Source of the DNA: Mycoplasma mycoides subsp. capri | GTDB taxonomy: Bacteria > Bacillota_I > Bacilli_A > Mycoplasmatales > Mycoplasmataceae | Assembly (NCBI RefSeq): GCF_018389705.1 | Contig: NZ_CP065581.1 | Location: 870,001 to 902,000 of the forward strand | DNA length: 32,000 nucleotides | Direction: 5' to 3' | Shown: piece by piece, positions 10,817 to 20,040 of the stretch | Layout of the letters: every line of letters starts with the position of its first letter | How positions within the stretch are numbered: position 1 is the stretch's first letter | Notes under the pieces: model-generated | What the model saw: only the letters and a program-made list of their open reading frames with translations | What the model was told of the DNA's origin: nothing | Database searches by the model: none | Made by a program: the position numbers and the translations under genes

Positions 10817-11317
10817 TTACCTTAAATATTTTTTTATAATGCTGCTATATATTTTTGAGGGTTTATTATTTAGTTGTGTATCAAAAAATACTTCTATATT
10901 TTTATTAAAATTAATTAAATCGTTTTCTTTTATTAAAGGTTTAAAGTTGTGTAAATTAACGCTTGTTGAAATAATAGGTCCTGTTTTATTAATAATTTGT
11001 TTGATATCTTCTCTTTTAACTAATCTAATAGCAATACTTGAGCTTTTAGTTTTAAAAATAACAGTAGTAGGTTCATCATTTAATAAATAATCTTTATCAG
11101 TTAAGTCAGTAATTTCTAAATCATTTAATTGATCTAAACTAGAAATCAAAACAATTAAAGGCTTAGTAATATCAGCATTTTTTACTTGATTAACTCTAAT
11201 TTGATTTTCTAAACTATAAATAGCTGATAATCCATAAATAGTATCAGTTGGTAAAATAATAATTTGATTATTTTTTAATAGCTCTACAGCTTTATTTATT
11301 TTTATATCTGTTAACAT
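10817..11317 (-). CDS. tsaC: L-threonylcarbamoyladenylate synthase, YrdC/TsaC type (166 aa, no Sua5 C-terminal domain)
   Basis: Single uninterrupted ORF. ..NNQIIILPTDTIYGLSAIYS.. matches the YrdC-family PTDTxYGL signature. Confidence 0.85.
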   Translation of the reverse strand: MLTDIKINKAVELLKNNQIIILPTDTIYGLSAIYSLENQIRVNQVKNADITKPLIVLISSLDQLNDLEITDLTDKDYLLNDEPTTVIFKTKSSSIAIRLVKREDIKQIINKTGPIISTSVNLHNFKPLIKENDLINFNKNIEVFFDTQLNNKPSKIYSSIIKKYLR

Positions 11318-11325
11318 AATAAATC

Positions 11326-12798
11326 CTATTTTCTAAATAATTTCTTATTTTTAAATTGGTTTTTAACAAAATCAATTGCTAATCTTTTATCTAACATTCC
11401 TTTTAAAATAATACAAAATCCAGTAATAGTTGAAACTACTAAAAAACTAATACATACACTTATAATGTAACGATCATTAAAAATCGAATCTATTTTTTGA
11501 TCAATGTTATTTAATAAAAATAGTTTTTGATCAATGCTTTCAAATACTTTTTGTCCTGTAATTTGTTTGATTGCCTGAATATAATTTGATCCAATAATTT
11601 GCTCATTATTAGAAGTATTTCAAGCGATTAATAATTTATGTAATTCAAGTTGGGAAATAAAAATACTTAATATTAATAATGATATTAAAATTGATAATAA
11701 TATAAACTTAGTTCTTAAAACTAATTGTGATGATTTTTGACCTCTAATTGAAATAGTTAATAAAAATAAAACTGTTGATAAAGTAATACCTAAAAAAATA
11801 ATTGGTGAAGATAGTATTAATAAAGGACTACTTTTAGTTAAATTTAATTGATTTTTATATTGATCAAAAATCGTATTTCAATTTTGATAATCTTTTAATA
11901 AATTAGGTAGTTGGTGTGTTCAATAAATTAATGATTTTTCACTACCTCTAGTTGAAATTGCAACAATATAAATTAGTATTGGAAAACAAATCATCAATAC
12001 TAAAATAATTAATCAATTAGATAAAGTTTTATCAGTAAAAGAAAATAAATTATTTACATATAATTTGATTCTATTTTGATAAATCACTTTATTTTTTTGA
12101 ACAAAATAATTTATGTATTTATCTTCACTATTTTTTTCATATTCAAAAAAAGTAATATTTTGTAAAGAAATACTTGTAACAAACATTAAAAAGATTTGTA
12201 CAAAAATAATTCATCAAATATTATTAACATCAATTCAGTTATAAATACTACTTGTATTTTTTTCAAATTCGATAAATTGTGTAGTAATCTTTTTAAAATC
12301 ACTGATTTTATTATCTAATCCACTAATTACTTGATAGTTAAAAAAGTCTTGAAAATACCCATAAAAATATTGAGAAATTCCTTGAAATAAAATAGTTAAA
12401 ATTCCAAAAATAATAATTAAAGCAATAATTGCTTGTTTATATCTTTTATTATTGGACATATTTACTAATGCTTTAAAACTAATAAACATCGTAATAACAA
12501 TTGCCATAAATACTAAAGCACTAATAGCTAATCCTCAAATTTGAGACTTACTTGGCAGATCTACATATTTTGAAATAATACTATAATTTGCAAAATAAAA
12601 ACTTAAAGATTCATGTTTAAAAATTAAGTGTAAATAAGCATAAAAAGGTAGTAGTGTAATTAAAAAAACAACTAATCCCAAAATAGCTTTTAAATAAATA
12701 GAAAAGTTTTTTTGTTCAATTTTAGGATCAATATCTTTAATTCTCATTGAAAATTTATTATTTATTATTTTAATTTTAAAGTTTTTATTTTTATACAT
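11326..12798 (-). CDS. Hypothetical polytopic membrane protein (490 aa, about 9-10 hydrophobic segments)
   Basis: 12535-12798 and 12235-12507 plus unlisted pieces share one frame; checked codon by codon, only TGA interrupts, TAG at 11326-11328. AAGGAC lies upstream of the ATG. Hydrophobic stretches include ILGLVVFLITLLPFYAYLHLIF, AIIALIIIFGILTILF and LIILVLMICFPILIYIVAI. Confidence 0.8.
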
Positions 12799-12806
12799 AT
12801 TTGTCC

Positions 12807-13655
12807 TTAAAAATTTTTAATAATTAAATTTCTTCAATAATCATTGTAGTCTTTTTTAAATTCTCATTTATATTTTAAACAATTATTAATCAATAATTGT
12901 TCTATTGAGTCTTTTTGTAATCATCCAAACTCTAAAACAATTAAAAAGTTTTTATTAGTATCAACAATTTTATCTATATTTTTAATTAAAATTTCATAAA
13001 AATATAAGCCTTTGTTTGGTGCAAATAAAGCAATACTTGGTTCAAAATCTATTACGTTTTTATCTATATTTTGATCATTTATATCAATATATGGAGGATT
13101 ACAAATTATTAGATTTGCTTTTAGATTATTTTTAATTAAAACATCAATAAAATTTCCATTTAAACAAGTGGTATTTGTTAAATTAAATTTCTTAATATTT
13201 TTATTAGCTACTTTTAAAGCTTTATAAGATATATCAGTTAAAATCACTTTATTTTGATCATTTAATAAAGCACAACTAATCCCTAAACACCCACTACCAG
13301 TACACAAATCAACTATTAATAAATTATTATTATTTTTAACAAATTCACTAACATGATCAATTATTAATTCAGATTCATTTCTTGGAATTAAAACATCTTT
13401 ATTAATAAAAAAATTATTAGAATAAAAATATTTACTTTTTAAAATGTAAGCTAAAGGGTAGTTTTGTTTTAATAAATCAAGTATTTGATCTATTTTATAA
13501 ATTTGTTTTTTTGTTAATTTATGATCTAAATTACTAATAATTCATTGGTAATCTTTATTTATAATATGTTCTAAAATATGATAAACATCAGCCTTATTCA
13601 GACTGATGTTAGTGTTTTTTATTTTATTTAAAACATTAAAAATAGTGTTATTCAT
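12807..13655 (-). CDS. prmC: Release-factor glutamine N5-methyltransferase (282 aa)
   Basis: SAM-binding [12 protein letters not shown] and the NPPY motif (LIICNPPYI). ATG 13655-13653 lies inside the last 8 nt of prfA (ATGAATAA). Continues through three TGA past the track ORF end to TAA 12807-12809. Confidence 0.9.
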
Positions 13656-14742
13656 TGTTTTTTTCTAATTGCTCAGCTACTTTTTGACGTTGTTCTTCAT
13701 TAATTAAAGCAATAATAAATTCATCAATATTACCTTCCATAACTTGATCTAATTTATTTAAAGTTAAACCAACTCTATGATCAGTAACACGATTTTGTGG
13801 GTAATTATAAGTTCTAATTTTTTCAGATCTAGCACCAGTTCCAACTGCATTTTTTCTTGTTGCATCAGCTTGAGCTTGTTGTTTTTCAACTTCAGCTTCA
13901 TAAACTTTTGCTCTTAACATTGTCATTGCTATATCTTTATTATCATGTTGAGATCTTCCATCTTGACTAGTTACAACAATTCCAGTTGGTAGATGTGTAA
14001 TTCTTACTGCTGAATCAGTAGTGTTAACATGTTGACCACCAGCTCCAGAAGCTCTATATGTATCAATTCTTAAATCATTTGATTTAATTTCAATTTCAAC
14101 TTCACTCATTTCAGGTAAAACTGCAACAGTTGCTGTTGAAGTTTGAATTCTTCCTTTAGCTTCAGTTTTTGGAACACGTTGGACACGATGAGCTCCTGAT
14201 TCAAATTTTAATTTAGAATAAACTCTATCACCTTTGATCATAAATACAACTTGACTATAACCACCAGCTTCACCAACTGATGCTTCTAAAATATTTATTT
14301 TTCAATTTTGAGTTTCAGCATAAAGTTTATACATTCTTAAAAGATCACCAGCAAAAATATTAGCTTCATCTCCACCAGCAGCCCCTCTGATTTCAACAAT
14401 AACGTTTTTATCATCATTTGGATCTTTTGGTAATAACATTTCTTCAATTACTTGTTGTAAATGTTCAACTTTATCATTATTTTCATCTAATTCAATTTTT
14501 GCTAGTTCAATTAATTCTTGATCTTTTTCATTTTCTAATATAGCTTTAGCATCTTTTATATGTTCAACTGCTTGTTTATATTCAACAAATTTTTCAACAA
14601 CTTCTTCTAAATTAGATTTTTCTTTGTTTAGTTCAGTAAATTTTTTAATATCTTTTAAAATATTTTCATCTTCTAAATCTTTTAAAATTTGAAGCAATCT
14701 TTTTTGCATTGTTTCTAATGCTTCATATGTTTTAGCGTTCAT
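13648..14742 (-). CDS. prfA: Peptide chain release factor 1 (364 aa)
   Basis: 14302-14742 and 13648-14241 are in frame and joined across TGA. GGQ motif present ([25 protein letters not shown]). Confidence 0.98.
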
Positions 14743-14744
14743 AA

Positions 14745-15374
14745 TTACACTTCCTTTTTAGGAGCTATAAAACAGTTTCTACATCTTGCTTCATAACTTT
14801 CTTTTCCGTCAACTAAAATTAAAGGAGAATCTCATAAAGCAGGTTGACCATTAACAATTCTTTGAGATCTATTTGCAAAATTTCCACATAAATGACATCT
14901 AGCTCTTAGTTTAGTTACAAATTCTGCTGTTACTAATAACTTATCAACGTTTTTAAATGGTAAGCATCTAAAGTCTTTATCTAATCCATTAACTATTACA
15001 ATAATTCCTTGATTTGCTAATTGTTCAATTAACTCAACAACTTGTTCATCAAAAAATTGTACTTCATCAATTCCTATTACATCAACTTGTTGAATTTGAT
15101 TTTCTTTTTCAATAATTTGTTTAATTTCATCACTTGAATGTACTAAATAAGAATCTAATTTACTTCCTGAATGTGAAATTATATTTTCAACTGAATATCT
15201 ATTATCAATACTTGGTTTAAAAGCTAATACTCTTTTTTTAGCATAACTTAAAACTCTTAAACGTCTTATAAATTCTTCAGTTTTTCCAGCAAACATACAA
15301 CCTGTAATTAGTTCAATTCAACCCATTTTATTAGAATTATATGCTTCTATTTCATTAATATCTAATTCTGTCAT
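14745..15374 (-). CDS. tdk: Thymidine kinase (209 aa)
   Basis: P-loop [18 protein letters not shown] and C-terminal Cys pairs (RCHLCG.. and ..ARCRNC). AAGGAG precedes ATG 15374. An internal ATG at 15326 (MGWIELITG..) is an alternative start. Confidence 0.93.
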
Positions 15375-15375
15375 T

Positions 15376-16326
15376 TTATTGTTCTCCTTTAATTAATTGT
15401 TCTAAATCATTAATTAAATCATTAATTTGATCTAATGAACTAATTTCAGCTCCACTAGCTAATCTATGACCTCCACCATTATATTTATTTGCAATTTTAT
15501 CAATACTAAAATCTCTACTTCTTAGTGATACTTTTAAAATATCTTCTACTTGTATAATTGTAAATCAAATTTTAATTTCTTTAATTCCACTCATAGCTGA
15601 AAGTGCTAATTTAGTTTCTTCATAACTCAAATCTCAACCTTTTAAATCTTCATCTAATAAAACAATATAAGCAATACCAGTATTAGTTAATTTCATTTTA
15701 GAAAAACTATACATCACTCATTGTCTTAATTTTAAATCTGATACATATAAAAAGTCATTTGCTTTTTTTAAATTAGCTCCAGCTTCTAATAGCTTAGATG
15801 CAACATAAAAAGTTGTTTGATTAGTTTTATCATATAAAAATCTATTTGAATCAGTTAATAAGCCTAAATATAAATTATAAGCAGCAGTTGGTGAAATAAA
15901 TAAATCATTTTCTAAAGCTCATAAACTAATAACTTGAGTATTTGAAATACTACTATCATCTACTAAATCATTATTACAATAATCTTCAACATTTATATGA
16001 TGATCAATTTTAAAACTATCACAACTTAAATCAAATCTATTAAAATCTACTCTTTTTTTTGTAGCAGTATCAACTGTAATAATTAAACTATTTTTAACAA
16101 ATTCATCACTTAAATTAGTTTCATCAATAAAAAAACTATCATCATCACTAATTCTAGATCCCACTACATAAATAGTTTTATTTTTAAAATTATCATTAAT
16201 AATATTTGCTAATCCAATTGCACTACCTTGAGCATCTCAATCAGGTTGTTTATGTTTTGTAATAATAATATTTTGATATTGCTTAATTTTATCTAATAAT
16301 AGTTGTGATTTTTTTTGATCTAACAT
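15376..16326 (-). CDS. nrnA: DHH/DHHA1 phosphoesterase, NrnA-like nanoRNase/pAp phosphatase (316 aa)
   Basis: ITKHKQPDWDAQGSAIGL (motifs I/II), KIDHHIN (DHH) and NGGGHRLASGA (DHHA1 GGGH). AAGGAG precedes ATG 16326. Its stop lies 1 nt before the tdk ATG. Confidence 0.85.
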
Positions 16327-16335
16327 ATAACTCCT

Positions 16336-18234
16336 TTAATTAATATTACTAATAGAATCTTTACTTATATAAAGTACTATTTCATCATTATCTTTATATA
16401 AATTAGTTCTATCATAAAAATAAATTTTTTCTTTTTCTTCAGTTAGTGCAAAATACATTGATTTATCTATAAATTTTTTAGATTTAATTACTGTTGCTGA
16501 TAGTAATAAATTAATTCTTTTTTTAGGTTCTGTTGAGATTTTTAATGGGTTAAATGAAATATAACCAGTATCTTTTAAATTATAATTAGTTAATACTCAA
16601 GTTGATTCATTTAAAAATTTAATTTCATTTTCATTAATTTTTTTATAACTAATTTTATTAATGTTATTATCTTGTTTTTTTAATAAACTATCAAAAATAT
16701 CAACAGTTAGCATTTCTTTTAATTCTAATTTGTTATTAGTATAATAAATGCTTTTATTTAAATCATATACATCATTTATAGAATCATTTAAAAAAATAAA
16801 AGTCATTAATGGATGGTGTTGTTGAATACTTTTAATAGTTTCAAATAATTGTAAAAGTTCTTTTTCTGATAGATGTTTTGTTATATTAAAAAAGATAATA
16901 TTTCTTTTTTTAAGATTAATAGCTTTTAAAATTTTTAAATAAACAATATTTAAAGATAAATACTTAACACTACTTTTAATAAATCATTCAAATTTAATGT
17001 TGTAATTATCAACACTAGTTGACATTTTCTCAACTGCTTGTTTAAAAACACTTTTAATTTCTTTTTTCTTTTCTTTTTTTTGTTTTAAAAATCTTCTTTT
17101 ATCAATATATTCTAATTCATCAGATAATACTCTTTCATGGTATTGATGTATTAAAAAATTGATTGTTTCACCTAATTGTTGAGTGGTTTTTCTAATTGGT
17201 TCTATGTGAAGTTCTATTTGTTGTTTTTCAAGATCATTTAAAGTGTTTTTATTAGCATTTTTTCAATCTGTAAAATATTTTTTTGTTTGTTCTCAATTAT
17301 TATTTATATCTTTTTTTTCTGCTTTATTAGTAGTTGATGATAATAATGATCTTAAATATTTTTTAAATTCAAAATCTAATTGTTTTTCAAATTGTTTTAA
17401 TCTTTTTTGTTGTCTAAAAATACTTAATCTCAGATCTGCTATTTTAGTACTAATTATTCTTAATTGTTTATGAACTGCATAATATGTTTGTTGATAAGCA
17501 AATTTTTTTCAACTCTTTTTAAGTTTTTTATTTGATGAATGTTTAGCATTATACTCACAACTACAATTATCTCTAAGTTCATCTAAAGCATAAACATTAT
17601 CTCATAAAGTTTGTTGAAACATTAACATTAAAGTAGCTGTTTTAATTTCAGTTTTTAAGTTTTCTACTGCTTTAGAAAGTAATCGTATTTGAATAGGTCA
17701 TTTTTCAGCAATTGCTAAAAACTTTTCTTGGTTGTGTTTTTTTTGAGTATTAATAGATTCGTTTAATGCTTTTTGTTCTTCTCTTGTTTTTGAAATAATA
17801 TGTTTAGAAATTAAATTATCAATATTTTGTCTTAATTTTTTATCATTAGCTTCACCTTTACTTGCAACTAGTGATAAATATTCATATTTTTTTTCAAGAT
17901 ATTTGTTTGATGCAGTTTTTAAAAAGTTTTGGTCAAATAATAAAGAAAGTACTAAAACTCATTTACTTGGAATTATACGTTGAAATCAAGTATCACGTTT
18001 TATAAATTCAACATGTTTTTTAGTATAAGCTCTATTAATAATATCAAAATCATCAATTTGAAATCTACCAGAACTATTTTTCTTTTTACCTAGTAAAACT
18101 TTTATAAAAAAGTCCATTTCTTTTTTATTATCAATAACAATATCAACAATTTGTCCATCATCAGCAATAAAATCAACTTTATTTAAACTAGGATTTTTAG
18201 AACGAAAAGTTAATTCTTTAATCTTATATGACAT
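16336..18234 (-). CDS. Hypothetical 632-aa protein: degenerate ABC-ATPase-like lobes split by a long helical insert
   Basis: Checked codon by codon: 9 in-frame TGA and no TAA/TAG from ATG 18234-18232 to TAA 16336-16338. GGAGG lies 7 nt upstream of the ATG; the track start MLEVNF.. is a TTG inside the RBS. The motif comparison is given under findings. Confidence 0.8.
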
Positions 18235-18277
18235 AAAATTAACCTCCAACAACTAATATTATTTTAATAGATTTGTC

Positions 18278-18301
18278 AAATAAAAAAGGTCCTAGGGACC
18301 T
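18278..18301 (-). terminator. Short GC-rich terminator after rpmE
   Basis: Minus strand reads AGGTCC-CTA-GGACCT followed by TTTTTTATTT. It starts 5 nt after the rpmE stop. The stem is only 6 bp, so read-through into the 632-aa gene is plausible. Confidence 0.6.
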
Positions 18302-18306
18302 CAAAA

Positions 18307-18585
18307 TTATTTGTTTTCTTTATTTTTTGCTTTTTGAGCTTGAGATTGTTTTTCAGCTTGTGCTTTAATTGTATCTCTTTTAGCAAATTTTGATTTAAAC
18401 TGTTCAACACGACCAGCAACGTTTGTATAAGTTTGAGCTCCAGTATAAAAAGGATGACAATTTGAACAAACATCAACTCTTACTTCTTCACCTTTAGAAG
18501 TTCCACAAACTCATTCACTTGCACATGTTGTACAAATAAATTTAGCTTGATCAAAGTACTTTGGTTGAATATCAATTTTTGGCAT
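18307..18585 (-). CDS. rpmE: 50S ribosomal protein L31, Zn-ribbon (CxxC..CxxC) type (92 aa)
   Basis: MPKIDIQPKYFDQAKFICTTCASEW(TGA)VCGTSKGEEVRVDVCSNCHPFYTG.. AAGGAGAATAACT precedes ATG 18585. The track ORF 18276-18476 is in a different frame. Confidence 0.95.
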
Positions 18586-18689
18586 AGTTATTCTCCTTGC
18601 TATGTTATCATTATGATATTTAATTTACTACTAAAGTATACAACAAATTAGTTTAAAATAAAGCTTTATATAATTAAAAATATAAATAT

Positions 18690-18726
18690 TAAAATAAAAA
18701 AAATAATAGCAAATTTGCTATTATTT
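18690..18726 (-). terminator. Terminator after the GDPD gene
   Basis: Perfect 26-nt palindrome aaataatagcaaa/tttgctattattt (18701-18726). On the minus strand it is followed by TTTTTATTTT. It lies 21 nt after the stop at 18747. Confidence 0.65.
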
Positions 18727-18746
18727 TACTTACTATTATTTATTAT

Positions 18747-19451
18747 TTAATTTTTTGGATATAGATCAGGATAATCTGAAATATAACCATTAATTAAATC
18801 TTTATACATCTTGTGTAAAATTTCTACATCAGACATTTTTTTAAATGTTCAAACATTTAAAGGAATATTTAATTTTTTAAATAGTTCACAATTTGATTGT
18901 TTTTTTAATAGGGTAATTGGAGGATGCAAAAAGTCAAATTTTTTACCTAATTCAACATCAAATTGAGACATTTTTTCAAATAAATATCCTGATTTGTAGT
19001 AATTTTCTTTTCTTTTTAAAATTTCTTTTAATACTACTGGACTAAATGATGAAACAATAATTTCAACACCTTTATTACAGTATTTTTTAATAGCATTAAA
19101 GATAATGTCTAATTCATCTTCAGTGTAATGATCTGGTTTAATTTCAACATTGATCATTTCATATTGATCAAAATATCTATCCATAAATACTTCAAATAAA
19201 ATAGGAGTTGCTAGAGGATTTTCAACAAAGTAAGGAATTTTTGTAATTTCATCATAAGTTAAAGTTTTAACACCTCTATTTAAATTACCAATTCTTTTAA
19301 AGTTGTGATCATGGAAAATGATAATCTTGTCATCTTTTGTTAATCTGATGTCAAATTCAACAGCTTTACAAATTGTTAGTGCATTTTTAAAGTCATATTC
19401 ACGGTTTTCTCCATAAAGACCTCTAAAACCACGGTGTGCTACTAAGATCAT
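18747..19451 (-). CDS. glpQ: Glycerophosphodiester phosphodiesterase family protein (234 aa), no signal peptide
   Basis: MILVAHRGFRGLYGENREYDFKNAL..VEFDIRLTKDDKIIIFHDHN matches the GDPD HRG..EN..E.D..HD pattern. GAGGTG precedes ATG 19451; the track start is a GTG inside the RBS. Continues through one TGA to TAA 18747-18749. Confidence 0.85.
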
Positions 19452-20000
19452 TATATTCACCTCTCTTTTATATAAGAAGAATTATTGTAGAATTATTATT
19501 TAATTATTTATTATTAAGTTTTATATTTATTATAGAAATTTTATTTATTTAATAACATTTTTTTATCAGCTTTAAATGAGAAATAAAACCAATATTAGCT
19601 AATAAATCAATAAGATCATTTAATGATTTTTATAACCTGTTTTAGTGTTTTGATTTTTAACAAGTTTTTATAATAAAGACAAATTTACTAAAAATAATAT
19701 ATAACTGTTTGTAGATATTCAGCTTAGTTTAATTTAAAGTTTAAGTTCATGTTAAGAATAAAAATATTTATATAAAAAGAAATAGTTATAATAACAACAT
19801 CAACTAGTATTAGAATTAATAAAGTTTAAAATTTTATTTACTAGAATATTTCTTTTATATTTGTATAAGGTTATGTTACTAACCCTATAATTTAATTTTA
19901 TGCCAATAGTGATTTAAATATTTAACCTTGCAAATAAAATAATAATTTGAAAATGCGTTCATCTTTATTTAGAGGACTTGTACATGAACTAAAATAATAT

Positions 20001-20022
20001 TAGGTAATTAATTAGTTACCTA
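20001..20022. promoter_or_regulatory. 22-bp near-perfect palindrome next to the MFS gene RBS (candidate operator or 5'-UTR hairpin)
   Basis: taggtaattaattagttaccta: outer arms taggtaa/ttaccta are perfect, the inner taatta is self-complementary, and there is one t/g mismatch. It ends 18 nt before ATG 20041, just upstream of aaagaaagg. Confidence 0.35.
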
Positions 20023-20040
20023 AAGAAAGGTAAATAGTTC

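Noticed and set aside
10839-11090. Plus-strand 83-aa ORF
   Set aside because: It is antisense to tsaC, which carries a clear family signature.
17243-17473. Plus-strand 76-aa ORF
   Set aside because: It is antisense inside the intact 632-aa gene and gives a Phe/Leu/Cys-rich artefact of the poly-T/A coding strand.
17557-17565. The Cys-Ser-Cys in the helical insert of the 632-aa protein, considered as a Rad50-like zinc hook
   Set aside because: The Rad50 hook is CxxC, whereas this is CxC. It sits at residues 224-226, well off the midpoint of the insert.
18274-18279. A perfect TTGACA on the minus strand just after the rpmE terminator, considered as the -35 box of a promoter for the 632-aa gene
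   Set aside because: No acceptable -10 hexamer lies at 16-18 nt spacing; the best options are TATTAG at 15 nt or TAATAT at 12 nt. I left it uncalled.
18276-18476. Minus-strand 66-aa ORF (MMFVQIVILF..)
   Set aside because: It overlaps rpmE in a different frame. The rpmE frame gives a canonical L31 sequence with a strong RBS. This ORF also runs through the terminator hairpin.
19953-19997. 14-codon upstream ORF (MRSSLFRGLVHELK*) just before the palindrome, considered as a leader peptide for attenuation of the MFS gene
   Set aside because: There is no Shine-Dalgarno sequence, no run of a regulatory amino acid, and no alternative terminator/antiterminator pairing that I could draw. Short ATG..TAA ORFs are frequent by chance in this composition.
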